A DNA stretch of 64,000 nt from NCBI GenBank assembly GCA_951406725.2, contig OX597826.1:42408001-42472000 (forward strand). The letters run 5' to 3'. The stretch is from Octopus vulgaris. Its lineage: Eukaryota. Below are positions 27,114-40,116 of the stretch, one piece after another (positions within the stretch are counted from its first letter, which is position 1; each line of letters begins with the position of its first letter). The position numbers and the translations under genes are program-made. The notes below the pieces were generated by a model. It was not told where the DNA came from. It did not search any database and worked only from the letters and a program-made list of their open reading frames with translations.

Positions 27114-27974
27114 TACTACACATGTGGAAATTTGTGGATGTGTTTGTTTGTGGCATTGTTATCTAACTCCTCCTACATGGTTTTATCGATTTTGATGAAA
27201 CTTAGTAGGACACAGTAGGAATTATGTCTGGAAAACTAGTGGCATACTTAGATTGTTGTAAAAATCGATAAGGTCCCTGGAAGGGATGTTTATATCTACT
27301 ACATATAACTAATATATTGTTTTTAAACAACCAAGGGAAATAACCCATTCGCTCCTGAAAGGGATCCTTATATATGGCCAAGGGAAATAACCCATTCATG
27401 TTCGTAAATTATTTTGTATAAATCAAATTGAATATGCTTATTTCTTAGTATTTAAACTATTTGAGTTATTTTCGCAATTTATCCAGTACAACGCTTAAAC
27501 AAATAAACATTATATTCCTAAACAATAGATCCATTTATTTCGATTAGTGACTTATTCACGAATATACCAACACTAGCGCCACTGAGAGTAATATTCTCTG
27601 CGAACGTATAAATGCTTTTGTCAGAGTTGTTTACTTTGAATTGTTATTATCGCATATCTAATTAACCTGTTATTATGTAACATGCTTCACGAATTTAGTA
27701 TACATGCCTTATTTAGTATACATTTCCTCCTAAGTTCTATATACTCTGGGAACGTATTAAAGCTCTTTTCGGTACTACCTTATTTGAATTCTTACTATCG
27801 GGTAATTAATTTCAGGTTATTACATAACTGACTTCACAATTTGGATTTTTCTCCTAGATACCTTAGGTAAGACATTCCCTGACGTACTTTTCGCCATCTA
27901 CAAAGATGATGCCCTCGCCTTAACATACAAATGGACCAGCACAAGATCGTTTTAGGAAGGATATTATCCAGTTA

Positions 27975-28982
27975 ATGAAATACTTCGGACTTAGTGTAAC
28001 TATAGATACTAACCTGACGGTTGTCAATTTCTTAGACGTTTCCTTAGATCTTAATAAGAATATTTATAAGCCTTATAGGAAGCCCAATGATAGACTAAGT
28101 TATATTAATGTAGGTTCATGCCATCCCCCTATAGTATTCAAAATTTTAGTTAAAAATATTAGTAAGAGGATCTCTAGCCTCTCCTCTGATAAGGACACCT
28201 TTAATAGCGTTGCCCCAGTTTATAATAAGGCTTTAAAAGATAGTGGTTTTAGCGAAAAAATAAAATATACACCCGTTACCAGCCCAACAGTAAGGAAAAG
28301 GAATAATAGAAATAGGAAGGTCATCTGGTTTACACCCCCTTACTCACCCGAGGTGGCCTTCAATATAGGTAAATATTTCCTAGCACTGATAGATAGACAT
28401 TTTCCAGTTAACCATACTTATAGGAAACTCTTCAATAGACACAATTTAAAAATTAGTTTTAGTTCCACTACCAATTTTAAAAACATAATCAAACATAACA
28501 TACAAAAAACACAAGAGAACAGCTGTTCATGCAGGAATAAAGAATTGTGCCCGCTAAATGGAGCTTGCATGTCCAAGACCATCATATATGAAGCTACCGT
28601 AGACTCTATAACCACTAAAGACACCGTTTCGACGAAGAAATACGTGGGCCTTACAGAGGGTAATTTCAAGGCCAGGTTCAATAACCACACTTTGAGCTTT
28701 AGGCACTGGAACAAAAGAAAAGCGACACAATTATCTAGTCACATTTGGTCTTTAAAAGATAAAGGTGTCGATTATAACATACATTGGAAGATTTTGGCCA
28801 AATGTAAGCCCTATACCAACGGCAGCGGAAGGTGCGGTCTATGCGACATGGAGAGATGGCTTATCTGGAAAAGCAGCTTAAACCCTACTACATGTCTAAA
28901 CTCAAGGACAGAACTTTTCGGATCATGTCCATATGTGACTAAATTTCTGTTAGGTTTTTGGTCCTCTAAAGAAAGCAGATAG
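27975..28982 (+). pseudogene. PLE RT thumb + GIY-YIG endonuclease (335-aa open frame, truncated element)
   Basis: VNFLDVSLDL..YKPYRKPN...YIN..SCHPP (RT end/thumb), WFTPPYS, CSC..CPLNGAC, IIYEA...KYVGLTE..FKARFNNH (GIY-YIG), CGLC..E..LNSRTEL...CP. Confidence 0.92.
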
Positions 28983-29247
28983 AACATGCTTCCTATGTTA
29001 TGTCCCAAGAAGGGTTTTTTTACCTCATCATACCTTCTATCATATATTTTTTATATATATTTTATGTATATTTTTTATATATTTTTATATATTTTTTATG
29101 TATTTTTATATAATTTTTTATGGCGATAAATGCGAGTGAATATGTGTACGTTTACATAGCGATGTATAAGTACGCAGGCAAGCAGAGTTATAACACAGTA
29201 ATTTCCCTTTGTATAATGGTATTTTTTCATAGCGTTTTCAAATAGCC

Positions 29248-29310
29248 AGATAACCGAAGAGATGGCGTCGTGGATTCCCACTTCGGCATCTGAAACTCAG
29301 AGTTTTATTT
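29248..29310 (+). ncRNA. Degenerate hammerhead motif in PLE 3' region
   Basis: gauaa-CCGAAGA-gaug...cauc-u-GAAA-cucagag-UU-uuauu: correct topology, but U4C and one extra base before GAAA. Confidence 0.45.
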
Positions 29311-29423
29311 TGACTATCACGTAATGTAACATATTATTTTATATATATATATATATGGCTCAAAACAGTTTGATTTAAACTCCTTGGTACTCTCAGTTTC
29401 AAACGTGTCATTAGTCTTCGGCC

Positions 29424-29456
<33 letters not shown>

Positions 29457-30519
29457 CACACATATGCACATGCATATAGAAATGTGTGTGGTGTGCATTT
29501 ACTCTAATCGTCTATTATTGCTCACAGCGATAAAACAAATAGCAATTTCTAACTCAGATCAGCAAATTTTGAGGCTCGGTTATAACCGACTAAATTGTCT
29601 CCGGTGCATCCCTAGGAATTTATCAATTAACTGGGGGACAAAAACATATAGCGCGAGGCTGAGAGTACAGAACTAAAGGCTGAGTTGTTGTAGCTATGGT
29701 ACCAACAGGTTTTTAGAGAAAAGAATATCACATTGTAGTTTCAGGGCAGAGAACAGCAGACTCCAGTTTCCATAGATTCCTATGGTTATTAAGTACATTC
29801 TGATCCACCCGATCACATATCCTTCTCATCACTTCTGCACTGATAACTTGCTCATACAAAAGTGACAACAACTAAGTGTAAGTGTCATGGTGGTGTCCAC
29901 CACCAGCTGAAGATGATGATGATGAGGTGGAGGTAGAGGAGAATGAAGAGAAGAGGGAGGAGGAGGAGGGGGTGAACTACGACGATGATGCTGACTGTGA
30001 TGTTGATGACACAGACGTTATGCTAATGGTGTGATGATATCGAGAACGATATCTATGACAATGCTAAAAATGATAACTAGTTTCATACTTGTTGGTGGGC
30101 GTATGTACAGTAAACAGTGGTAAATTTAAGGGGTATGTAAAGAGATTCACAGATATTCCATATGAACACATAACACACGTATTAACAGCCCCCGATACGG
30201 TGGAACTAATGAGGACTGAAGGACTCTTGAGAGTGCTCGGGACTCTTGAGCTTTCGCGATATTTAGTTTAAGTGTTGATTCAGTGGTGATTTCAATGATG
30301 TTAATAAAGATTATTATAATATCTAAGAGAAAAGTATAATATCGACTGTATTATAAGCTTTATTAAATTTGATTTCCCTGTTGAGTTAGGACTATAATTC
30401 ATGCAAGAATAAAGACAAATGAGGTGGAGAATCAATGTACGGAGATGGGGAGATAAAAATAGTAAGGGGAGGATAAGGAGGGCTATTGAAAGTATTCAAT
30501 CAAGTTATGAAGTGGACAA

Positions 30520-31170
30520 GAAAAACGGTGACCTGTAATGAGAAATGGATACGCTTTGACAACAGCAGAAGAACGGCAGTGATTAGATGCAGGATAGTCA
30601 CCTAAACACTACTCAAACCCACCATTGCACCCTAAAAAGTCAGTAGTCACTGTATGAAGGGAGTTATTCATTATTCATTTTTGCAAAAGGAAAAACGGTA
30701 ACAGCAACATCATATTGCCAGGAAATTTATTGTATGCATAAGAATTTTAAAAAGAAGCAACCCAGACCAGTGAATAGTGATGGCCCAATTTTGCTCCAAG
30801 ACAATGCACGTCCTCACACTCCTCAAGCTTCGGGCCAAAAGTTGCAAAGCCTGAAGTATGAGATTTTGCAACATCCTCCTTATTCCCCTGGTATCTCTCC
30901 TACTGATCATCACTTATTTAAGCATTTTGAGCTTTTCATAAGCAATAAAACATTCTTAAATAGAGAAGAGGTAATTGAAGCATTCGGACAGTTTATCACA
31001 GCAAAAGATGAATTGTTTTGCTGCAGATGGAATATATGACATAGAGAAATGTTGGATAAGCGTCATAAATGAACATGGATCATACTTTGATTAAATAAAT
31101 CAGTTCTCTAACACCTCTGAAACATTTTATTGTTACTTTTCAAATACATTTCATGTGAAACAACCTAATA
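30520..31170 (+). pseudogene. mariner (DD34D) transposase 3' half with terminal repeat
   Basis: VTCNEKWIRFDN, GVIHYSFL, LLQDNARPH, HPPYSPGISPTDHHLF; 34 residues between the last two D; ends gaaacaacctaa|ta. Confidence 0.9.
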
Positions 31171-31735
31171 CTTTCTGTATAATTCTGACCAAGCTCTCAG
31201 GATTAATTTTCATTTGTGTTTAAATTTTCCTTGTTGTTCTGATTTTGAATTGAGGTAGATATCTTGTTATCTCGAGGGCTTCAATATTAGTTATATTTTA
31301 GCACTACACAAAGTACAATTGTTACTCTCTTTCCAGTAGAGGCTAGATTGTTTTACTAATTTTCATTTTCTATCGTAATTGGAGATCACGTCTTTTAGCG
31401 CCCAGGTGTAGATGGTGAGTTTAGTCGTATGCCGTCCTTCGGTGTTCCTGAAGTTAAATTATTGAAACAACGTGTTTTTAATTTAACTTCGGTCATTCTT
31501 AGTTTCCACTTGATGGTGTTTCCTTGGTTAGGTTTAAGGCGTTCAACATCTGTTCGGTTGATAATAGATTTGGTACAACATAATCTGTTCAGAAGACAAA
31601 GACAATTATCTTCTGAACGAATTGTGTTGAGGATGCTTTCTTCAGATCTGCTTGTAGATTTACGTGTCATGACATTGTTTCATGTTTGAGGTGTAACTGT
31701 AACTCATGAGTAAGACATGGGCAAATAGAGAGAGA

Positions 31736-31814
<79 letters not shown>

Positions 31815-32519
31815 GCACGGAGATTAAAAGAAAATGAGGGTGTGCGTATCTGTCCGTTTATCTGCTTGTTAAATTCTCATATTTCGATTGAATAAAAATG
31901 CTTATTTGCTAAGCTGAGAAATAGCTTAGCTTCATTAAATTTCACATTCACTACTTAGAAAATAAACATTCCCACGTCTTCGCCTTCAAAAGACCAGCCT
32001 ATAGGAGTTTAAGAAGCGCACACTTCCGTTACAGATTCAACCTAAATATCAAAAAGAAAATCATTATCCACCTCTTTAACTATCTCCCCGTCTCTTTATC
32101 AAGTTATCTTCCGACCTGAATTCATTTCTTCAATTGTTTTATTTAGTAAAATAAACTCCCCTAAGGGAAAAGATATACTTTTTTCAGACGAATACCTGAG
32201 TTATCTAACCACTGCTAAGTCCAAATGCATCGAACTTGCTTAAATAATTCCCGGATTCTCACACGGCAAGATAAATATAAAAACAGAAGCATGCATCATT
32301 GATTTATTCTACTGTTACATAAGTCCACGAAACAGTCTGTAGCCACATGAAATCTTATGTACTTACTCTATCACATTAAACATACACCTACACAATTGTC
32401 TACTAACCCGGTATTTAATTATTTTGTATCTTACAGATGTTAAATCCATTTCAGTTATATGTACATATATATATATTCCACGTGCCTTTGTCTTTTGTTT
32501 ATTTTCATAAAGCTTCCCG

Positions 32520-32571
<52 letters not shown>

Positions 32572-32574
<3 letters not shown>

Positions 32575-33108
32575 CATTAATAAATCTCCGAACGAGATGT
32601 AAACAGTAACCGCTCGACAACGTAAAGTGTACTAGCCATCTGAATGTGGCTAGCCACTGGGGGTAGGTATTACTGAAGCTTATAGCCCCAGGAGGTCATC
32701 GTCTCCAGCTGGCTTTAGACACACTTTCTGTGCTCTTCTGATATTCGCAAAGGGAGGTCATCCCCTCTCGAAAACCTTAGTAATACATACGGACTATTGT
32801 TTTGAGGTATTTGCCTCTCGTCAACGTACGGTGGTTGCTGGGAAAAACATTAAATAGATATTCGCAAACAGGTCACTCCGATCGAAAATCGGTGATTACC
32901 GTACGTTGACGAGAGGCAAATTCCTCGAAACTATAGTCCGTATGTATCACTTAGGTTTTCGAGAGGGTATGACCTCCCTTTACGAATATCATAAGGGCAC
33001 AGAAAGTGTGTCTAAAGCCAGCTGGAGACGATGATCTCCTGGGGCTATAAGCTTCAGTAACACCCACCCCCAGTGGCTAGCCACATTCAGATGGCTAGTA
33101 CACTTTAC

Positions 33109-33110
<2 letters not shown>
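32572..33110. mobile_element. Fold-back PLE pseudo-LTR pair (~213-bp arms, ~65-bp spacer) between (TA)n tracts
   Basis: 32620-32833 is the reverse complement of 32897-33110 with scattered substitutions; both arms carry a hammerhead motif; same family as 43958-44420. Confidence 0.88.
32900..32944 (+). ncRNA. Type I minimal hammerhead ribozyme with U3 core variant
   Basis: cguacg-UUGACGA-gagg(caaauu)ccuc-GAAA-cuauag-UC-cguaug: 6-bp stem I, 4-bp stem II, palindromic stem III acuauagu, GUC cleavage after 32938. Confidence 0.7.
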
Positions 33111-33156
<46 letters not shown>

Positions 33157-33770
33157 ACACATATATACGCAATATATGTGTGTGTGTTGCTACCTGGGGC
33201 CATTGCAAACTCCTAACATCCCAACTCCTCTATCTTAGGTCTAAGAAACTACAGGAATACTTGTAAATTAAGTTGCGCAAGTTCTCGCGAATTTTCCTTA
33301 GACTTCCAGTCTAAGCAAAATTCGCGAGATGGTGTTATATGTACCCTAAAACAAGTTTGACGCAACGATTGTACCACTGAGTTGTAACTCGATCATGCAA
33401 GAAATAATAGCCAAATATTCATCAAATCGTACCATGTTGTCTTAAAAGGGGAAAAAAATACTTCCAATAATGTAGCCATGGTTATACGACATGCACTGCA
33501 TTAACACCGTGACTGGTGTATTTTTGATCGCAGATCAGTTTGATCAAGGCTCGCCTAAACTGAAACACCACAACATTTTAACTCTGGGCTGTAACTGACT
33601 TTTTACAAAAGCTCTTTATGTTCAGCTTAGACTGAAGTATTGCTCATTGGATATTTCCCGACTTCATTCAAACACAGCCCAATGAGCTACTCAGCAAACA
33701 TGCCCATAATCCGCCACTACAACCATCTGCTCATAGAATTACAGTTTTTCTGTTCTCACTATATACATCT

Positions 33771-34171
33771 TATTTCTTTACTGCCCACAAGGGGCTACAC
33801 ACAGAGAGGACAAACGGATTAAGTCGATTACATCGACCCCAGTGCGTAACTGGTACTTATTTAATCGACCCTGAAAGGATGAAAAGCAAAGTCGACCTCG
33901 GCGGAATATGAACTCAGAACGTAGCGGCAGACGAAATACCTATTTCTTTATTACCCACAAGGGGCTAAACATAGAGAGGACAAACAAGGACAGACAAACG
34001 GATTAAGTCGATTACATCGACCCCAGTGCGTAACTGGTACTTATTTAATCGACCCTGAAAGGATGAAAAGCAAAGTCGACCTCGGCTGAATTTGAACTCA
34101 GAACGTAGCGGCAGACGAAATACCGCTAAGCATTTCGCCCGGCGTGCTAACGTTTCTGCCAGCATGCCGCC
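33771..34171 (-). mobile_element. SINE family B head-to-tail dimer inside one TSD
   Basis: Full unit 34171-33941 runs into a 5'-truncated unit 33940-33771; 18-bp TSD ttctcactat(a/c)tacatct at 33753-33770 and 34172-34189. Confidence 0.9.
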
Positions 34172-34499
34172 TTCTCACTATCTACATCTGCAACTGCCAC
34201 AACCTCTGTTCTCTAAACTAGTGATTCTCAACCATTATTTTTTTCTTTTTGTCTATAAACCCTTTTGATTCCTATTTTACTCAAGGAGTGGGACTCTCAT
34301 AGTCTTTCGTGTTTAAAAACTATTACATTTTTATGATTATTATCATTAGGAATTGCTTAATAAATGTTTTGAATATGACCAATTTATTGCACCTAAATTT
34401 TAACAAGATCATATATGGACCCTCAAGGACTATATAGATCCCGGTTGAGAACCACCACTCTAAACTAAAGAACTTCGTTTGGTCGCCACTTGAGGCTCA

Positions 34500-34548
34500 C
34501 TCTATGTATTCTCTCTATCTCTCTCCATCTCTCCCTCTCTTTCTCGCT

Positions 34549-34589
<41 letters not shown>

Positions 34590-34885
34590 ACTATTTATCT
34601 ACTTCATTCTCTCGTTCTTTCTCTTTCTCCCTAACTCTGTTTTTCTTTTTCACTTTCTATCACACACTCTCTCTTCTCTCTCTCTCCTTCTCTATCTATC
34701 TATCTCATTCTCTCGTTCTTTCTCTCTCTCCCTCACTTTATCTTTTCTTTCTCACTCTCTATCACACACTCTTTTTTTATCTCTCTCTTTTCCCCTCTCT
34801 CTCTCTCTGTCTTTCTCTTTCTCCCTCCTATCTTTTTCTTCCTCACTCTCTATCATACACACTCATTCTCTCTCTCTCTCTTCTG

Positions 34886-34921
<36 letters not shown>

Positions 34922-35026
34922 ATCTATCTAACTATATCATTTTCTCATCGTCTCTCTCATTCTCTCGTTCTTTCTCTCTCACTCTATCTTTTTCTTCCTC
35001 ACTCTCTATAACATACACACTCTCTA

Positions 35027-35065
<39 letters not shown>
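34500..35065. repeat. CT-rich low-complexity tract
   Basis: Direct reading; explains ORF 34490-35011. Confidence 0.9.
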
Positions 35066-35066
<1 letters not shown>

Positions 35067-35372
35067 CTTCTTTCGCCATCTCTTCAGTATCATCACACTT
35101 CTAAAAGCCAACACGAAAAACACGTTCTTCAAATTTTTTTTTTTTTTTTTTGCCGTAAAGCCGTCAGCCATCATTAAAAAAAATGGCGGTGTTAGTTAAG
35201 GAGGGAAAAAAGTAGAGCAGGAGTGAGATGATAATGTGGGAGTGAGAGAACTGGGGTATGATTTCTGAGATATAGAAGTGTAAGTATGGGAAGAAAGTGA
35301 GTGAGTGAATGAGTGAGAGAGAGAGAGAGAGGGAGAGAGAAAGAGAGCGATGGGAGGGAGATAAATTTTAAA

Positions 35373-35756
35373 TCTCTCTCTATATAAACGGCAGTTTGTC
35401 TGTCTGCGTGTCTGTGTGTCTGTTAGGTTGTACCCTCACCCTGACCACGGCTTTCAACCGATTCTGATGAAACTTGACACACACATAGCCCAATGTCATA
35501 GTTCAAAACTAACGCAGCGAAAATTTTGAAAAGTTCCCCCAGTTCTGAAAAAATATCGATAAATTCGACATGGGGTCGAGAATCAAAACACAAACCACAG
35601 ACTGTCTAGGGGATGCAACTCGACCTTTTTAACTCTCAAAAAAATTTACCATAATTTTTTTTTCCATTTTTTTGCTATTTTTTGGCTATAACTCTCTAAC
35701 AATTCTTTATAGTTATTTCCCTTACAAACCCGAGCAACGCTGGGCGATACTGCTAG
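35373..35756 (+). mobile_element. Non-autonomous Helitron, copy of 5407-5791
   Basis: A|TC start, cccgagcaacgctggg hairpin, CTAG|T end. Confidence 0.9.
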
Positions 35757-35769
35757 TTAGATATTAAAA

Positions 35770-36285
35770 AAGAGAAAGGAAGAAATTATAGGGACAGAAA
35801 AAGATAGTTGACAAAGAAAGAGACAAGAAGGTGAAATTGGAGGAAGAAAGGAAGAGTATTAAATTTGAGAAAAGATTAAAGGCCCATAGGAATAAGTGAA
35901 TAAATGGAAATTGGGAATTAAAGATTAAAGGTTTTTTTTTTCTTTCTAATTGTATCTCTTTAAAAAAAAGACAAGAGAAAAAAGGAAATGAAACAAAGAA
36001 AGTGTGAATGAACAAATTTAAGAAGAAAAGAGAAAGATCTAATATTTTTGTTTAATAGTTAATTAAAAAGTGAGAGATAAGAGGTAGTATGAAAACGAAG
36101 AGTGATTGAGAGATATGAGCGAAGAGAGAGAGAGAAAGAGAGAGACAAAGACAGAGACAGAAAGAGGGAAACGTAGACGAATAGAGAGTGAGAGAAGAGG
36201 ACAGGGAAGCGAGAGAGAGGAACAGTAACAAAGAGAGAATATGAGATATGGGCGGATAGAGAGAAAGAGAAAAGGTGGCAAAATT

Positions 36286-36369
<84 letters not shown>

Positions 36370-36409
36370 TAGAGATAGAGAGAGAGAGAGACATGCATAC
36401 ATACATGGA

Positions 36410-36465
<56 letters not shown>

Positions 36466-36630
36466 AAAGAAAGAAAGAAAGAATGTAAGTGGAATATAGG
36501 AAGAAGGTGGGTGATCGAGTTATGGTAAAATAAAGATTAAGAATGAGATAAGAAAAACCGCATAGTAAAAAAGAGGAAGTGTGAGATATGATGGAATATA
36601 GAGAGTAGCGTGAGAATACGAAAAATAAAC

Positions 36631-36669
<39 letters not shown>

Positions 36670-36730
36670 AAGAGAAAATAGTAGAGGAAGGAGTGTGAGG
36701 TGGTGATGGTGGTGGTTGAGAAAGAACAAA
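35770..36730. repeat. GA-rich low complexity with (GATA)n, (GAAA)n, (GA)n
   Basis: Direct reading. Confidence 0.9.
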
Positions 36731-37207
36731 TGGAGTAGAAGGTAAAAAAAAACAAACACAAGTTGAGAAATAACATGTATGAAAGCAAATTAACACAGAA
36801 ATTTGATATCGTGTGTTGTCAGCTAATTTGAGAGATAAAACAAATTACGATGTGACAATATATGTTATATCTTAACAAGATTTAGAGAAATTTACTGGAG
36901 ACATGGGAGTAAAACTAAAATGTTGAAGAATATAAAATGTGAATATTAAAGCAAAGGAAAGAAAAACAAGGCAAAATTGAGAAAATACAGTGAAATGAAA
37001 TACGTAATTGCATTTTAATTTTTAGAGTATTTTTTTCATTGCCACAAGGGGCTTCAGTATCAGTCGTGCGTAGGACTTCAGTAGCGATGTATGCTCATAC
37101 ATAAATACATACATACATACATACATACATAAATACATACATACATACATACATACATACATACATACATACATACATACATACATACATACATACATAC
37201 ATGTGTA

Positions 37208-37808
37208 CACAAGAGGAGGTTTTGAAAATTTTCTGGCTTTAAGGGTGTCGCAAAGGGCCTAGTTGGAGTCACAACCTTCCAAGTTCTCTTATAGGACGTA
37301 CAAAAACTGAAGTGTGTGAATCTGAGAGAGTAATATCTTTATATATAAAAGTCAAGTTGTGTGTCTGTCTCCTACGATTTAGATTCCTAACTACTCCCAC
37401 ATTTTGCGGTGCAGTTTAACCAAAACCGGGTATCTTATAGTCGTGATTCATATCGAGCCCTTCTGGGTATTAGCGCGCGTCTACGATGAGTCTACGATTT
37501 AAAAAAAAATTTACCATCATGTTTTTCCATTTTAATGCATTTTTTCGCTATTATATAAGGGAAGTAACTCTCTAAAAATGTCTACGATGAGTCGACGATT
37601 TAAAAAAAATTTACCATCATTTTTTTCCATTTTTAATGCATTTTTTGCTATTTTTTGGCTATAACTATCTAAAAATGCTTATATAGTTATTTCCCTTACA
37701 AACCCGAGCAACGCCGGGCGATACTGCTAGTATTGAATAAAATCATAATTAGCTGATCTTCCTGTATCTTCTTTTACCTAAAGCTAGGAACTTTTAAAAA
37801 AACCCTAC
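37208..37808. mobile_element. mariner-type MITE split by a Helitron
   Basis: Joining 37208-37335 and 37731-37808 gives a diverged copy of 50170-50369 (ctggctttaagggt...gtgaatctgaga...ctgatcttcctgtat...aggaactttt). Confidence 0.8.
37336..37730 (+). mobile_element. Non-autonomous Helitron, second subfamily
   Basis: A|TC start, same 3' ~120 bp, hairpin and CTAG|T as 5407-5791 but a different 5' part; internal ~100-bp tandem duplication (gtctacgatgagtc...). Confidence 0.9.
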
Positions 37809-37946
37809 CCACCCGCATATATTCATATACATGTATACATACATGAATACATATGTTACATGCATACATAACATATATGCATTGCAGTCATAGACACACA
37901 CATACATACATTCATAAATTAGATAATACACACACACACACACACT

Positions 37947-38043
<97 letters not shown>

Positions 38044-38247
38044 AGAATAAGCAACAAGAATGACTCCGGTACGATCGTTTCGTACTACATCATTTTATTA
38101 AATGTTGTAAGTATTACAACAGATTTAAGATGCTGAGTACTCATCAGCCAATTATAGAGGTTTTCCGTTAATACAAAAATTTTCAAATCAAGTGGCAACA
38201 TTATAGAGAAGGTAGATATATAGACAAATATGTGGATATATATGTAT

Positions 38248-38315
<68 letters not shown>

Positions 38316-38359
38316 TTATTTATATATATATATAAATAACGATAAACCGGTTTCCCGGT

Positions 38360-38585
38360 TTCTGTGGCGTATGTGTTCCCCCCAGCTGCATTACTCAAGA
38401 AACAGGAAGAGAGAGTGAGAGAAGGTTTGGCGAAAGAGTACAACAGGGGTCGCCACCACCCCCTGCCGGAGCCTCGTGGAACTTTTAGGTGTTTTCACTC
38501 AATAAACACACACAACGCCCGGTCTGTGAATCGAAACCGCGATCCTCCGACCGCGAGTCCGCTGCCCTAACCACTAGACCATTGC
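38360..38585 (-). mobile_element. SINE family C
   Basis: Minus-strand gcaatggtctagtggttagggcagcggactcgcggtcggaggatcgcggtttcgattc head. Confidence 0.85.
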
Positions 38586-38605
38586 ATACATACATACATG
38601 CATAT

Positions 38606-38756
38606 ATGCGTTATCTGGGACGATAAAAATCTGCAAGACTTACTAAAGATTTAAAGGATTTAAAGGATGAACAAAACAAGATGCTCTTCTTCACAACCTG
38701 CTCACAAATAGGTGACGGTCAAAATTTACTGTAGATTAAAATGGAGAACGAGAACA
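38606..38756 (+). mobile_element. Short 3' end of an RLE-type LINE in (TACA)n
   Basis: aaaatctgcaagacttactaaagatttaaaggat..gaacaaaacaagatgct aligns with 39930-39995; flanked by TACA repeats. Confidence 0.6.
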
Positions 38757-38808
38757 TACATAAATACATACATGAATGCATGTATGCATATATACATACA
38801 TACACACG

Positions 38809-38854
<46 letters not shown>

Positions 38855-38927
38855 TACATACATACATACATACATACATACATACATACATACATACATA
38901 CATACATACATACATACATACATACAT

Positions 38928-39655
38928 AGAAATTGTTTTACAGTTGTGGAAATCAGCTGCCCAGCGGATGTTGACATAACAATAAAGATCAGCGAAAAAG
39001 AAAATACCTACGCTGAAATATTGAGGAATCTATAGTTACCCAGATTACAAGTTCAGGCTTATACCTGTAGTTATTGGGACACTGGGATATGTGACACACT
39101 GCCTAAGTACCAATCTTGAGGAATTAGGCTTTTCAAAACCAGAAAAGAGAAAACTGGTTCGAAGGTTACAGATCCAAGCCATCACTGGAACTATAAAAAT
39201 CTGTAAAACTTTCCTGAAGTTTGTCATTTAAGTATATATGAGCATGCCTAGACATGCAACCCTATGCATGAGAATACCTGCATAAAATAAAATATACAAA
39301 TCTACACATATACATACATACAAAAATACCCTGTTGTTGTCGTTAAATTCCAATGAAGGAGCCTTGAATCTAAAAGGCGGCGAGCTGGTAGAAACGTTTG
39401 CACACCGGGTGAAATGTTTAGCGGTATTTCGTCTGCCGTTACGTTCTGAGTTCAGATTCCGCCGAGGTCGACTTTGCCTTTAATCCTTTCGGGGGTCGAT
39501 AAATTAAGTACCAGTTACGCACTGGGGTCGATGTAATCGACTTAATCCCTTTATTTGTCCTTGTTTGTCCCCTCTATGTTTAGCAATAAAGATATAAGAA
39601 ACCGGCTCTTTCTCAATTGGCATGAAATCTTGAAATAAAGCAAAGAAATGCCATA
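38928..39655 (+). mobile_element. RLE-type (R4/Dong-like) LINE 3' end in (TACA)n, with SINE-B (39372-39598) in its 3' UTR
   Basis: CFTVVEISCPAD..KISEKENTYAEILRNL..YPDYKFRLIPVVIGTLG...LQIQAITGTIKICKTFLKF*: second half of a PD-(D/E)xK restriction-like endonuclease. Confidence 0.82.
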
Positions 39656-39681
39656 CGTACATATATACATATACGTACATA

Positions 39682-40030
39682 CTTCAGCTGCAACCTGGAC
39701 ACCAAAGTGGTCTGAAAGATACAGGAGATCGGAAACGTGTATGGAAAGTTAGTAAGAGTTTGCAAATCCAGTAACCAAGATACACTTTAATTTTCATACT
39801 TATTATTGGAGCAACACGATAAGGACAAACTCACTTTGGGCAAAGTATGGCTGAACTTAGGTTCTTGTGGAGACAATGTAGCTCCTTAATTCATATGCTG
39901 CAAATGATCAGGCATTAAGAACAATAAGAATCTGCAAAATCTTCTTAAGATTTAAAGGATGGTGAACAAAATAAGACGCTTTCCTTCACAACGTTGCTAT
40001 CAAGCAGATAACAGCTCAAAAAAAGCATGC
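39682..40030 (+). mobile_element. Degenerate RLE-type LINE 3' end (related family) bounded by TACA repeats
   Basis: FSC..D...VYGKLV, IIGA, IRICKIFLRF fragments parallel 38928-39231. Confidence 0.6.
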
Positions 40031-40083
40031 GTACATACAAGCATACATACAGGTATATATTTGTGTGTGTATGTGTCTGTCTA

Positions 40084-40099
<16 letters not shown>

Positions 40100-40116
<17 letters not shown>

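Larger units (their letters stand above)
27820..29340 (+). mobile_element. 5'-truncated PLE with C-terminal endonuclease (Nematis-like)
   Basis: RT catalytic motif FAIYKDDALA at ~27889-27920, frameshifted from ORF 27975-28982; 3' UTR with hammerhead-like motif; ends in (TA)n. Confidence 0.9.
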
